A stretch of 64,000 bases of DNA from a virus, in IMG/VR virus record IMGVR_UViG_3300049995_000120, positions 1 to 64,000 of that record; one strand, given 5' to 3'. Made by a program: the position numbers and the translations under genes. Position 1 is the first letter of the stretch. The number at the start of each line of letters is the position of its first letter. This document shows, one piece after another, positions 17,533 to 26,551 of this stretch. A model generated the notes under the pieces. It made no database searches. It saw only the letters and a program-made list of their open reading frames with translations, and was not told where the DNA came from.

Positions 17533-18002
17533 TTAGATACTCCTTTGAAACGCCGGAAGTAGGGTTTGGGACGCTTCTGATAAACGTGGGGTTTGGAAAC
17601 AACTTGGGGTTGGATGTTCACAATAGCCATGAGCGCCAGGTTGCCTTTTTGAGACACGACGCGATGGGTAGGAATCTTGCTTGGAGAAAGACTGAACTCG
17701 GTGCCGATGGTCAGAAAACCAGCAACCAGCATACGCTCGATTTCATCCAGGGTGAACGAAGAATCTTTTCCCCAAGACTGATCGGGGTCGTGGGCAATAT
17801 GGTAATCCCCTCCTACGGACGTATTATAAGCCGCGCGAGACATTTGATATTCCAAGACATCACCCTGATAGCGCAGTTTCCTTCGCTCTGACTTTTTAGC
17901 GGCCCTGCATTTCGGACAATATTTGGTGCGAGTCGCCACACTGCCATCTACGAAAAAGGATATTTCACACTTGATACATTTTACCATAACCTTGGCTCGC
18001 AT
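17511..18002 (-). CDS. zinc-finger hypothetical protein
   Basis: CIKC...YCPKC N-terminus; GGAG SD. Confidence 0.6.
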   Translation of the reverse strand: MRAKVMVKCIKCEISFFVDGSVATRTKYCPKCRAAKKSERRKLRYQGDVLEYQMSRAAYNTSVGGDYHIAHDPDQSWGKDSSFTLDEIERMLVAGFLTIGTEFSLSPSKIPTHRVVSQKGNLALMAIVNIQPQVVSKPHVYQKRPKPYFRRFKGVSKCPSTIV

Positions 18003-18197
18003 TGTATCTCCGTTACATTGATTCTATCATGAACCGTAAAAAACACAAGAGGGAACTTGGTTAAAAGATTGACGAAATGTGACTAATATAGTAAGATAAA
18101 CAACATTGTGTAACCATGAAGAAATCCATCATGATGAATCAAACAACCACTGAACAACCCGCGAAGCCTCGCGGGCTTTGCTTTTCCTGGAGGCAAT

Positions 18198-19052
18198 ATG
18201 AAGGGATATGTACTGGCCATCGGAGATACACATACCTCACACAATCTTGGACTTTTGAACCCCGCCACTACGATAACAGTTGAAAAACCTAACGGCGAAT
18301 TTGAAGAGCAGGAAGTGACGCTCAATCCTTATCAAGATTATTTGTGGTACGACATTTATATACCAGCGCTCAAGGAGGTCAAGAAAATTACGGAGGGAGA
18401 AAAGATGGTGGCAATCCATGGGGGCGATTGGGGGCAGGGGAATAAGTTTACAGCACAAACCAAATATTTATCCGAGGCCAACCAAGTAACGATGGCAGTG
18501 GATGTGATGAAACCCATCCTGGATGTCCCGGCCTGTGTAAAGGCGCGCTTCTCCGCCGGCACGGGCGCACATGATTTCACTGAACACTCCCTGACCCTTC
18601 TGGGGGTGAAATTCTTGCAGCATGAATATCCGCAAATCGACATCAAGGCTAACTACCAAGGGCTGGCGGATGTGTGCGGATTGAGTATCGACTACGCACA
18701 TCACGGTCCAGGGGAGGGGTTGCGGATTTATCTGAATGGAAACAATGTGCGCTTTTATTTGAGCGACCTGATGATCCGTTACCTGTCCAAAGACAAGAAA
18801 ACGCCAAAATTGGTGTTGCGCTGGCACGTACATGGCAATCAAGATGAATTCTTTACACTTGGGAACTACAAATCCCGTATCTTGGTAATCCCCTCCATGT
18901 GTGGGATGAGTTTCCACGCGCGCAAGGCGACGCGTACCAAGATGAGCGTCACCAATGGTTTCGCCTTATTTGAAATCACAGATGGAGTCATAACCAACAA
19001 TTGGAAATTTTATAGAGAAAACGATTTGAGTACAAAGGAGACTTTACTATGA
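18198..19052 (+). CDS. calcineurin-like metallophosphoesterase
   Basis: GDTH, GGD..QGN, GAHD, HHG and HVH motifs; TTGACG-17-TAAGAT promoter at 18069-18097. Confidence 0.8.
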   Translation: MKGYVLAIGDTHTSHNLGLLNPATTITVEKPNGEFEEQEVTLNPYQDYLWYDIYIPALKEVKKITEGEKMVAIHGGDWGQGNKFTAQTKYLSEANQVTMAVDVMKPILDVPACVKARFSAGTGAHDFTEHSLTLLGVKFLQHEYPQIDIKANYQGLADVCGLSIDYAHHGPGEGLRIYLNGNNVRFYLSDLMIRYLSKDKKTPKLVLRWHVHGNQDEFFTLGNYKSRILVIPSMCGMSFHARKATRTKMSVTNGFALFEITDGVITNNWKFYRENDLSTKETLL

Positions 19053-19387
19053 GCGATCTACCACCCCTGCAGATTGGAAAGGAAAAGAAACAGGCTATCT
19101 TTGATGCCATCAATGCCAATATGGATTTCCCCGAACCAGCATTGCCCAGCGATGTAACCACAGAAGATGTTATGGCAGAATATCACATTAATCGTAACAA
19201 GGCCAGGGATATAATGCGCAAGATGGTTGAAAAATACCCGGAGCGATATGCTATGGTGCAGGCCATCCTACCTGAGACGTACCATAATCGTCCAGGATAC
19301 GTGATCAGGCTGGTTGAGCCTCAAGTTCTTTCGGTATCCAGGCCGGAATTATACGCGCCTCTACCAGTTGCATTGACAGAATCTTGA
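19049..19387 (+). CDS. putative winged-HTH protein
   Basis: ATGA overlap; VTTEDVMAEYHINRNKARDIMRKM. Confidence 0.5.
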   Translation: MSDLPPLQIGKEKKQAIFDAINANMDFPEPALPSDVTTEDVMAEYHINRNKARDIMRKMVEKYPERYAMVQAILPETYHNRPGYVIRLVEPQVLSVSRPELYAPLPVALTES

Positions 19388-19721
19388 TGCCCCGCGCCCA
19401 TTCTGCAATAAGAACATCGCGCTGTTGGATTTCTTTGTTCAGAGTTTCAATATACTGATCTCGTTGAGTCAGCGTAATTTTTAACCCTGCCAACTCGGAG
19501 ATCATATCCAGACTTCTTTTTTCCAACTGGTCGATGCGCGTGAGGGCTTGTGTCACCTGGTCTGCCGCCATTCCTGCCGCTTCCGCATAGTCTTTAGAAG
19601 CTCCGGCATCAGTGGATGCTTTCTCCACTGGATACATTTTTCGGGAGCGCCATATTGCATATAAAGAGGTAGCCAATGAGGCCAACAGGATGAGTGCGCC
19701 TAGAATTTCTGTGACGCTCAT
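19305..19721 (-). CDS. membrane-anchored coiled-coil protein (lysis-accessory candidate)
   Basis: N-terminal TM helix followed by a coiled coil. Confidence 0.55.
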   Translation of the reverse strand: MSVTEILGALILLASLATSLYAIWRSRKMYPVEKASTDAGASKDYAEAAGMAADQVTQALTRIDQLEKRSLDMISELAGLKITLTQRDQYIETLNKEIQQRDVLIAEWARGIKILSMQLVEARIIPAWIPKELEAQPA

Positions 19722-19766
19722 GTTTGTTTCTCTGGGTGAATATTAGAATATGTCTTAGTAAAGCGC

Positions 19767-19985
19767 TCACGGTTCATAGGGTACGCCCATGCTCTTGCTG
19801 GCCACATCCTCATCGGTAATACCCTTGATCACCATGAGCAAGACTGGTTGCCAGATACCAATAAAAAAGAGGGCTTGCGTCACAGCTTCAGGTTTGAGGA
19901 ATAGTGTCAGGAAAAACACGATGGATGCAATGATAGCATCCAGAATCGCAATCCAGAACTTCGAGGACTTCAAATTCCTTTTCAT
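19767..19985 (-). CDS. putative holin
   Basis: 72 aa, KSSKFW start, two TM helices, charged C-terminus. Confidence 0.55.
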   Translation of the reverse strand: MKRNLKSSKFWIAILDAIIASIVFFLTLFLKPEAVTQALFFIGIWQPVLLMVIKGITDEDVASKSMGVPYEP

Positions 19986-20125
19986 AAAAAACTCCTTCTT
20001 GCAAGAATGATTGCATTATACCACTATCCGCCAAAACACTCATTGGGAATTTTGCTCATTGAAAATCATTGACATTAGAGCAAGATAGAATTAAAATGCT
20101 AACACTTTGATAGCGAGGAGATTCC

Positions 20126-20383
20126 GTGAAAGCCTATAAATCCGACCAACTTGTTGTGTCTATGCCGCCCCTGGAAGGGATGGCATTGCGTGAAACCGCA
20201 GAGGAGATGCATCTTGGCACCGCTTCTCTGCTACGTATCTTAATTGATCGAGGCTTGAGGGCCAGTCAGGAGATTGAACCGATTTATATAAAAAACAAGA
20301 ATAGACTCTCTAAATTAACCGACCTCCAGTTGCTGGAGATGAAAACAAAGCCAATCCTAAAACCCAAAAATAAATTCTCGTGA
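20126..20383 (+). CDS. putative ribbon-helix-helix regulator
   Basis: LVVSM..ALRETA..SLLRILIDRGL; TTGACA-17-TAAAAT promoter at 20069-20097. Confidence 0.5.
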   Translation: MKAYKSDQLVVSMPPLEGMALRETAEEMHLGTASLLRILIDRGLRASQEIEPIYIKNKNRLSKLTDLQLLEMKTKPILKPKNKFS

Positions 20384-20393
20384 GGAGTATGCT

Positions 20394-21260
20394 ATGCCTA
20401 TCAATCTAAATCCTAACATTAAACCCGAAACCAGTGTGTTTAAGAAAAGTTTTGAGTACGTCAATCTTCCCTTTCCATTTCTGCGCCTGTCCTGGAATAA
20501 TGGCAATTCCCACGCTACCAGCGTCAAGGGTGCAGGAAGCGCGCAGTATTTCGGTGGGTTTCAGCGTGGTTCCAAAGACATCCAGGAAGATTTGGCAACC
20601 ATGAAAAAGACGACCCTGCCAATCTACTTCAAAGAGGAAGAATGGGTAAACACCAAAGATGAGGCCTACATGGCCTGGGGTTCGCGTAGTGTGTGGGCAG
20701 CCCCCATCCTGGCGCGTGTAGACTGGTACGAGGGGCGCGATAAATATACATCCGAAATCAGGTTGAAACACCGTCTGGATTTTCTGGTCTATCTTGCTGA
20801 CCGCGACAAAAACACTCTGATTCCGTGGGGGCCGGCGGTGATCACTGCCTATGGTTTTGCGGCAACTTCCATAGAAAAAGCCTTCAAGGGTTTTGCTCAG
20901 GAAACCCTTGATGTACGCAAGAGGTTCGCCGGCGGCATTGACGCCATGTTCTTCTACCATCTCTACGGGACATTTGGCAACCAGCGCAACGCGCAAAAGG
21001 CCGGCGACACCGCCGCCGTCGTCCCCTGTGTTTATGATAAGCCAGCCGATGAATGGAGTGAGCGGATGTTAGAGAACCGCTTCGTGGGGGATGATATTGG
21101 TCAGGTCCTGGTCGATCTGCAGAAACAGGCCAAAGAGTGGTTTGAAGATACCAACGAAAATCGCCAGAAGAAAAACGGCGCGCCAAAGGCAACCAATATT
21201 CCATTCGGGCAGTTGACTCCCGATACTTTCATGGATGAGACCCCCGATGACCCTCTCTGA
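20394..21260 (+). CDS. putative single-stranded DNA-binding protein
   Basis: Aromatic-rich core with acidic C-terminal tail (DETPDDPL). Confidence 0.4.
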   Translation: MPINLNPNIKPETSVFKKSFEYVNLPFPFLRLSWNNGNSHATSVKGAGSAQYFGGFQRGSKDIQEDLATMKKTTLPIYFKEEEWVNTKDEAYMAWGSRSVWAAPILARVDWYEGRDKYTSEIRLKHRLDFLVYLADRDKNTLIPWGPAVITAYGFAATSIEKAFKGFAQETLDVRKRFAGGIDAMFFYHLYGTFGNQRNAQKAGDTAAVVPCVYDKPADEWSERMLENRFVGDDIGQVLVDLQKQAKEWFEDTNENRQKKNGAPKATNIPFGQLTPDTFMDETPDDPL

Positions 21261-21441
21261 TAAAGAACGGGTAGATAAAATCAATGAAATGATTTGGAGG
21301 TTGGACAGGATACTTGAACACCTTCACAATTGTTTTGGATATTTTGATCGAGAAATTCAGCCTATGCTGAATGATATCAACCACGCCCGTATGGGCATGG
21401 AGAACCTGAAAATCACTTTAGAAAGGAGCGGAAAGAGATGA
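21247..21441 (+). CDS. hypothetical protein
   Basis: Short helical ORF overlapping the upstream stop; start codon uncertain. Confidence 0.45.
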   Translation: MTLSDKERVDKINEMIWRLDRILEHLHNCFGYFDREIQPMLNDINHARMGMENLKITLERSGKR

Positions 21442-21495
21442 GGCGCTTGAGGTCAGAACCAATCTGACGGGAATAAGGATACGCGAATAAGGAAA

Positions 21496-21523
21496 CGGCG
21501 GCAGCAATGCCGCCGCTTTTTTT
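21496..21523 (+). terminator. intrinsic terminator
   Basis: CGGCGGCA/TGCCGCCG hairpin followed by T7. Confidence 0.8.
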
Positions 21524-21596
21524 AAAGAGGCGTTCCCGCCGGAGTCAATAGCGGGAACGCCCAGAAAGGAGAAGCGGCTTGACGATACAATCCGCA
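21524..21596 (-). ncRNA. candidate anti-SD small RNA ending in a terminator
   Basis: TGgTATAAT at 21610-21602; 5' hairpin, unpaired TTCTCCTTT, GGCGTTCCCGC/GCGGGAACGCC terminator. Confidence 0.4.
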
Positions 21597-21612
21597 TCTG
21601 TATTATACCATA

Positions 21613-22386
21613 CTAGGAGAAGGGGCAGACCTCAAGCAGTAAATCACCCAACTCTTGGAAGTCAACTCCTGGACCCTGCCAGTCATAGACCCGATTGAAT
21701 ATTGCATTCCATGGGATTTTGGTGTCGCGAATCTGCACTGGTTCAGGCCAGTTGCGCACAGTTGAAAGATAATAATCGATGAATTTGAATCCGCCTCCAT
21801 GCACACTATCACTGAATTCAACCCATACCGCCGGCACATTATAGGCTTCTGCCACGATCAGGATATGCAGGGAGGACGTGACCACAGTAGCGGCGTTGGA
21901 TATCTTCTGCAGCAGAAATTCAGCATCCTTCATGGGGGAAAGAACTTCCCAATCTGGTCCCCAGTCATATTTGACGGCGAGGCCCACATCCGTGTAATGG
22001 GGAACAACTAGCGACTTTTCTTCAACGTTATGCGGACGGGGGTAAGAATAAAAACGAGGTAGCAGGATAGCCGGATCTGCAAAAATGGCATTGGATATAT
22101 CCACTCCGTATTTGCGTAGCAAATATGCCGTGAGAGGCCCGCGCACTGCTCGCGCTATCGTAGTTTTATCGCAATGTTCAGGTGGCAGATCTTCGGCCAT
22201 GACGCCTGTTCCCCAAAGGATATTCCCTGGATAGGCACAATGAGATAGAGAACCAATCGCCAGGATGGTTCCGAGTACTTTACTCGGTTCTGACCAGTTT
22301 GGTTCGTGTCCTGTAATCGCCTTGTGGAGCAGAGGATTAAGGGCATCGCCAAAGTTGGTACTTCGTATCCAGAAAAGATTGCTCAT
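21613..22386 (-). CDS. polysaccharide pyruvyl transferase
   Basis: NFGD, IGS, WGTG, AVRGPLT, DPA, VVPHY and SSLH..IVAEAY motifs. Confidence 0.9.
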   Translation of the reverse strand: MSNLFWIRSTNFGDALNPLLHKAITGHEPNWSEPSKVLGTILAIGSLSHCAYPGNILWGTGVMAEDLPPEHCDKTTIARAVRGPLTAYLLRKYGVDISNAIFADPAILLPRFYSYPRPHNVEEKSLVVPHYTDVGLAVKYDWGPDWEVLSPMKDAEFLLQKISNAATVVTSSLHILIVAEAYNVPAVWVEFSDSVHGGGFKFIDYYLSTVRNWPEPVQIRDTKIPWNAIFNRVYDWQGPGVDFQELGDLLLEVCPFS

Positions 22387-22406
22387 GGAATACTCCTCTC
22401 TGCCTA

Positions 22407-22484
22407 ATTATATACAATATTCATTGTAAAGTCAATGAGAATCATCAATTAAGCCTTGACGGGAAATTGGTCAGCGAGTAAAAT
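22407..22484. promoter_or_regulatory. divergent sigma70 promoters of the glycan island
   Basis: Minus strand TTGACT-17-TATAAT; plus strand TTGACG-17-TAAAAT. Confidence 0.6.
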
Positions 22485-22507
22485 GGGATTTGACGGGAAA
22501 GGAGTTT

Positions 22508-23203
22508 ATGCCCTTGCGTGTAGTGGTCCCAACTTGTGACAAGTATCTCTGGCTCGTACAGCCATTCACCTATTTATTCAATCGTTACTGGTCAGAACTA
22601 CAACCAGTAGTGGTGGCTGGTTTTTCTCGCCCGGACTTCCATCTTCCCCCGAACTTTACGTTTTACCAGATCGCCCGGGAAGATTATCCAGCCAACAAAT
22701 GGAGCGATGGCATGATTAAGTTGCTCCAGAATCTTCCCGATCAGCATTTTATTTTGCTCCTAGAAGACTACTTCCTTTGCCGCACGGTTGATCATACTGC
22801 CGTTGACTCCTGTTATGAATATATAAAAGATAAACCAGAAGTATTACGTATTGACTTGACGGCTGATCGCCTGTACGCCGGCGGTATGTTTGACTTGGAA
22901 TCATATGGCCGCATGGATATCATTGAGACTCCTCATGGTACTCCCTATCAGTTCAGCACTCAGGCTGGAATCTGGAACAGGGATCGTCTCCTTGAAATCC
23001 TTATACCAGGTCGCTCCGCTTGGGAGTCAGAGTTATATACGCCCGTACCAGATACATTGCGCATCTTGGGAACACGTCAGTATCCAGTACGCTATGTGAA
23101 TGTGATGAAAAGCGGCCAATTGCAACGAGCCGAACTGGATAAGTTAGATCCCGAGCATCAGGAATATCTGGCGAAGCAAGGATGGTTTTCCCGCAATGCC
23201 TAA
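22508..23203 (+). CDS. GT-A-fold glycosyltransferase
   Basis: VVVPTCDKY, LLLEDYF, QAGIW, SAWESE; AGGAG SD. Confidence 0.7.
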   Translation: MPLRVVVPTCDKYLWLVQPFTYLFNRYWSELQPVVVAGFSRPDFHLPPNFTFYQIAREDYPANKWSDGMIKLLQNLPDQHFILLLEDYFLCRTVDHTAVDSCYEYIKDKPEVLRIDLTADRLYAGGMFDLESYGRMDIIETPHGTPYQFSTQAGIWNRDRLLEILIPGRSAWESELYTPVPDTLRILGTRQYPVRYVNVMKSGQLQRAELDKLDPEHQEYLAKQGWFSRNA

Positions 23204-23651
23204 TGGACGCGTTCACTCCCTGGCCTGTCTTGTTACTTCTGCTAGCGCAGGAGGGTTCGTGTATTTCAATAAGTTATCAACTCCGCTAACTTCCTGCCAT
23301 GTAGCACTTGGCGCGCTACTTGGAATCCTGATTAGTCCAGACCTGGACTTGATGGAGACGGGTAATTACTCGCTTGTAATTCTGCGGAAGCGATCCGATT
23401 TCCTTGCTAGACTCTGGCGCTGGTTCTGGTGGCCTTATGCTAGACTATCTAGGCATCGTGGTATATCCCACTGGCCGATCATTGGCACCCTGTTGAGATT
23501 TGTTTATTGCATTGTCCCGGCAATAATTGTTACGGCAATACTAAACCTGTATCTATTAGAAGTACGGCTGAATCTGGATGTCTTACTCCCTTATTTGATC
23601 GGCCTTATGCTGTCCGATTTCGTGCATACGACATTGGACGTGGTGTTTTGA
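23196..23651 (+). CDS. DUF2227-like metal-binding membrane protein
   Basis: MPNGRVH, SPDLD, HRGISHWP and HTTLD motifs. Confidence 0.8.
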   Translation: MPNGRVHSLACLVTSASAGGFVYFNKLSTPLTSCHVALGALLGILISPDLDLMETGNYSLVILRKRSDFLARLWRWFWWPYARLSRHRGISHWPIIGTLLRFVYCIVPAIIVTAILNLYLLEVRLNLDVLLPYLIGLMLSDFVHTTLDVVF

Positions 23652-23661
23652 AAGGATAACT

Positions 23662-23913
23662 ATGGCAGGCAGGCGCAGGAATCCGGTAAAAACCTTGTTT
23701 CGAGTAGAGCATCTAACGCCCAACTCGGTTATTATTATCAAAACCGGGTCTGCAATAGACAACAAACAGCAGATGGGTGCGCTGGCTAATGAACTGGTCA
23801 AGCGCGACCTGCGTACTGTCCTCATTCTGCGTCTGCCCACTCTGGATGAATTTCAAACCCTAGACGAAAAGCAGATGAATCAGTTAGGATGGTTCAAGAA
23901 GGAGGTTATATGA
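23662..23913 (+). CDS. hypothetical protein
   Basis: AAGGA SD; coupled to the next gene. Confidence 0.6.
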   Translation: MAGRRRNPVKTLFRVEHLTPNSVIIIKTGSAIDNKQQMGALANELVKRDLRTVLILRLPTLDEFQTLDEKQMNQLGWFKKEVI

Positions 23914-24152
23914 AAGATTATCAAAAGGAACCATCACCAATCCCCAACAAGTTGCCTTCTATGTGGGATTTGGTAATTGATGATATGCGCCACCGCGACA
24001 AGATTGGTGTTGAGACCTATGGCTGTCACTTGCAACCATTCAATGGGCGGAAGGCATTGCGTGATGCGTATTATGAGTGTCTGGATATGGCAGTTTATCT
24101 ACGCCAAAAGATTTGGGAGGAAGAAAATGACGACAAGTCGAAATCCGCGTAA
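23910..24152 (+). CDS. all-alpha (MazG-like) nucleotide pyrophosphohydrolase candidate
   Basis: R..IG.ETYG..L...NGR..L.DAYYE.LD..VY pattern. Confidence 0.5.
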   Translation: MKDYQKEPSPIPNKLPSMWDLVIDDMRHRDKIGVETYGCHLQPFNGRKALRDAYYECLDMAVYLRQKIWEEENDDKSKSA

Positions 24153-24615
24153 TACGGCTGTCTTTATTCTGGCTGTTTATGATCAGCCTGCGCAACCAGA
24201 ATATCAAGATAACCTCGCCAAGACCATCAAGTCTGTGCAGGCTCTGGGATTCGAGCCGTATATTGTTTCTCCCCACGATGAACTGCTGATTGAATCCAAT
24301 CTGTTTATCAAGTTGGAAGCCCCCTGCGTCCCGGTTGAAATGACTAAACCCTATTGGCGCGAATTCAATTTCATCCTGATGGATAATGTCGTTTTTGATG
24401 ATGCAAACCTGAAGGAGATGTTTGATGCTCCTGATCTACCGCGTCTGTTTACTACCATTCGACTCTGCATGGTCGGTATTGGATTTGAAAATGATGGGAC
24501 AGATTGGACCGGATGGATCAGGAACATTAAGTCTGAAACTTTGCACGTAGTCCCTACAATGCTGTTGAGTATGTCCAAGAAAATGAAATTCCCATGCCCA
24601 AATACGACGCCGTAA
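24127..24615 (+). CDS. degenerate nucleotidyltransferase/GT-A-like protein
   Basis: AVFILA... and ILMDNVVFD segments; located in the glycan island. Confidence 0.35.
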   Translation: MTTSRNPRNTAVFILAVYDQPAQPEYQDNLAKTIKSVQALGFEPYIVSPHDELLIESNLFIKLEAPCVPVEMTKPYWREFNFILMDNVVFDDANLKEMFDAPDLPRLFTTIRLCMVGIGFENDGTDWTGWIRNIKSETLHVVPTMLLSMSKKMKFPCPNTTP

Positions 24616-25481
24616 TCTCTGCTTCTTGCTTCATGTCGCCGCATAATGCGATCCGGATGCTGAAAAGTATCTCTGTCATCCAGGGGCGTGTACTAACGAT
24701 CATTACCTGCCCGCGTCTGGAAGATGCTTATGCTGTCAGGGATGCCCTGCAGAACACGGATATTCCGCTCATCATTCTTCACTCCACCTTTCAGCCGCGC
24801 TATTTCTGCCAATCGCTTGCTTTCGTTTATTGTGAGTTGAATGATATTTCTGGTCGGTATTTCGCGCTGGCTGATGATGATATTGAATTTATAAAAGGTG
24901 ATATCTTCCCGCATTTGGATAACTGTCCGTCTTTTTCTGTGTTTGGTTTTTCTTCTAATCAAGTACGTTATGGTTTTGCTCTCTGGCATGGCAAGAATCA
25001 ATATGGCGAGTACGTAGAAAATCCACTTTGGTTAGACGCGCACAATATGTGGAGCAAATGGGCAAGCAATCTGATTGGCGGTCTGCCTGATAGTTCCGCG
25101 TCATCTCCAAATGCAGCGTTTGTGGAAGTAGAATATCAACACCGCCTGCGTTTATTCACTGGCGAGCCTACTATTGGTTGCACTTATGCGCCCATTCATC
25201 ATTATACGCGCATCGATGACTTAGAAACCCGGCGCGGGACACATAATATCGTTATTGAAGGATTCAAGCTATGGCAGGAAAAATTCGGTCTGGCTCTCAA
25301 TGGACAATTGTTCAATGAGAGTATAATGAACTGGGATGATGTTGACCAAGTATTGCGCGCACCGCATTTCATCCCGCAATATAAACAACACTTGGTATTC
25401 GGTGGCTTGTGGACAGATTGGCAAGCAATATGGGATCGATCAAGCCATGCAATTACCAAAATTTACGAAAGATTGAAATAG
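24594..25481 (+). CDS. GT-A-fold glycosyltransferase
   Basis: YFALADDDIEF DxD motif. Confidence 0.6.
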   Translation: MPKYDAVISASCFMSPHNAIRMLKSISVIQGRVLTIITCPRLEDAYAVRDALQNTDIPLIILHSTFQPRYFCQSLAFVYCELNDISGRYFALADDDIEFIKGDIFPHLDNCPSFSVFGFSSNQVRYGFALWHGKNQYGEYVENPLWLDAHNMWSKWASNLIGGLPDSSASSPNAAFVEVEYQHRLRLFTGEPTIGCTYAPIHHYTRIDDLETRRGTHNIVIEGFKLWQEKFGLALNGQLFNESIMNWDDVDQVLRAPHFIPQYKQHLVFGGLWTDWQAIWDRSSHAITKIYERLK

Positions 25482-25489
25482 GAGGCTAT

Positions 25490-26227
25490 ATGCCAGAAAC
25501 AAAATTCGTCATGGGTCGTGAAATGACTATCTATGATAATGGTCAAATTTCGATCAGCAAACAAAACTATACTCGTTTCACGGGTGGTGCGCTCAAACAC
25601 GCACACGAATGCGGTTATTTGTATGATTGGGAGGTTCTGGTACTCCAGGCATTCGTGCGCGGTCTTCCTGAAAAAGCGGTTCTTGTGAATATCGGTGCAG
25701 GAGCCGGGGCGAGTGGTCTGGCAATGGCTGAGGCGCGCATGGATCTTATCCCACATATTTACACCATTGATGTTGTGAGGAATGGGGGACCAAGTAGCGG
25801 ATTGGTCTCAGAGGCGCTTGCTTTCGTGCGCTATAATACTCCACTGGTAAACCAGATCGAGGGTGATAGTTATGATGTGGGTATGAGTTGGACACGTGGC
25901 CCAGTGGATCTGGTATTTGTGGATGGTGATCATACCTTTTACGGGGTTGAGCGCGATATCAAGGCATGGCTACCCCGCGTCAAACATGGCGGATTTATGC
26001 TCTTCCACGACTACGCACATGAACAATGGTCGGGAGTCAAGCCAGCGGTGGATGCGTTGATGGCTGGTCATGCGCAGATTATGGTCGTTGATCTTCTGGC
26101 GGTATACCGTATTGTTTGGCCCGTACAAATTCAAGAGTCCGCACCCGATGAAGGATTCACTCCTGTTCATATACCTAAAGAAAGAAAACCAAGAAAGGCG
26201 AAGGTGAAAGTTGCCAAAGAAGAGTGA
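25490..26227 (+). CDS. class I SAM methyltransferase (Methyltransf_24-like)
   Basis: VNIGAGAG, GDS, DLVFVDGDH, GGFMLFHDY; GGAGG SD. Confidence 0.85.
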   Translation: MPETKFVMGREMTIYDNGQISISKQNYTRFTGGALKHAHECGYLYDWEVLVLQAFVRGLPEKAVLVNIGAGAGASGLAMAEARMDLIPHIYTIDVVRNGGPSSGLVSEALAFVRYNTPLVNQIEGDSYDVGMSWTRGPVDLVFVDGDHTFYGVERDIKAWLPRVKHGGFMLFHDYAHEQWSGVKPAVDALMAGHAQIMVVDLLAVYRIVWPVQIQESAPDEGFTPVHIPKERKPRKAKVKVAKEE

Positions 26228-26396
26228 ACTCATAGCTGGCTTTGCGTGGGCTAGCGTCTGTGTCATCCCCTGGCTGTGGATATTGAATAGAATCCCATTC
26301 AGCGCAGGTAGCATTTTTGCCGTGATCTTTTTCCTGGTTATCGCCATAATGGCCAGTATGTATCAAGCCGGGACAGAGATCAAGAGGAAACTATGA
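26211..26396 (+). CDS. small two-TM protein
   Basis: Hydrophobic ORF coupled to its neighbours. Confidence 0.45.
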   Translation: MPKKSELIAGFAWASVCVIPWLWILNRIPFSAGSIFAVIFFLVIAIMASMYQAGTEIKRKL

Positions 26397-26551
26397 CCTA
26401 CATTCAACGCATTGGCTTGCTTATAGTGCTATTGGCCGTTATCACTGCGCTTGGAAATCCAACCCCTTCCATTACGGGTCAACTTGAATTTGTTTTTTTG
26501 TGGATAATTGGGTGCGCATTGTTTCTTCATGAACCGAGGAAAGAAAAATGA
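26393..26551 (+). CDS. small two-TM protein (52 aa, not in ORF track)
   Basis: GAGGA SD; MTYIQRIGLLIVLLAVITALG...LWIIGCALFLHEPRKEK; ATGA overlaps at both ends. Confidence 0.55.
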   Translation: MTYIQRIGLLIVLLAVITALGNPTPSITGQLEFVFLWIIGCALFLHEPRKEK

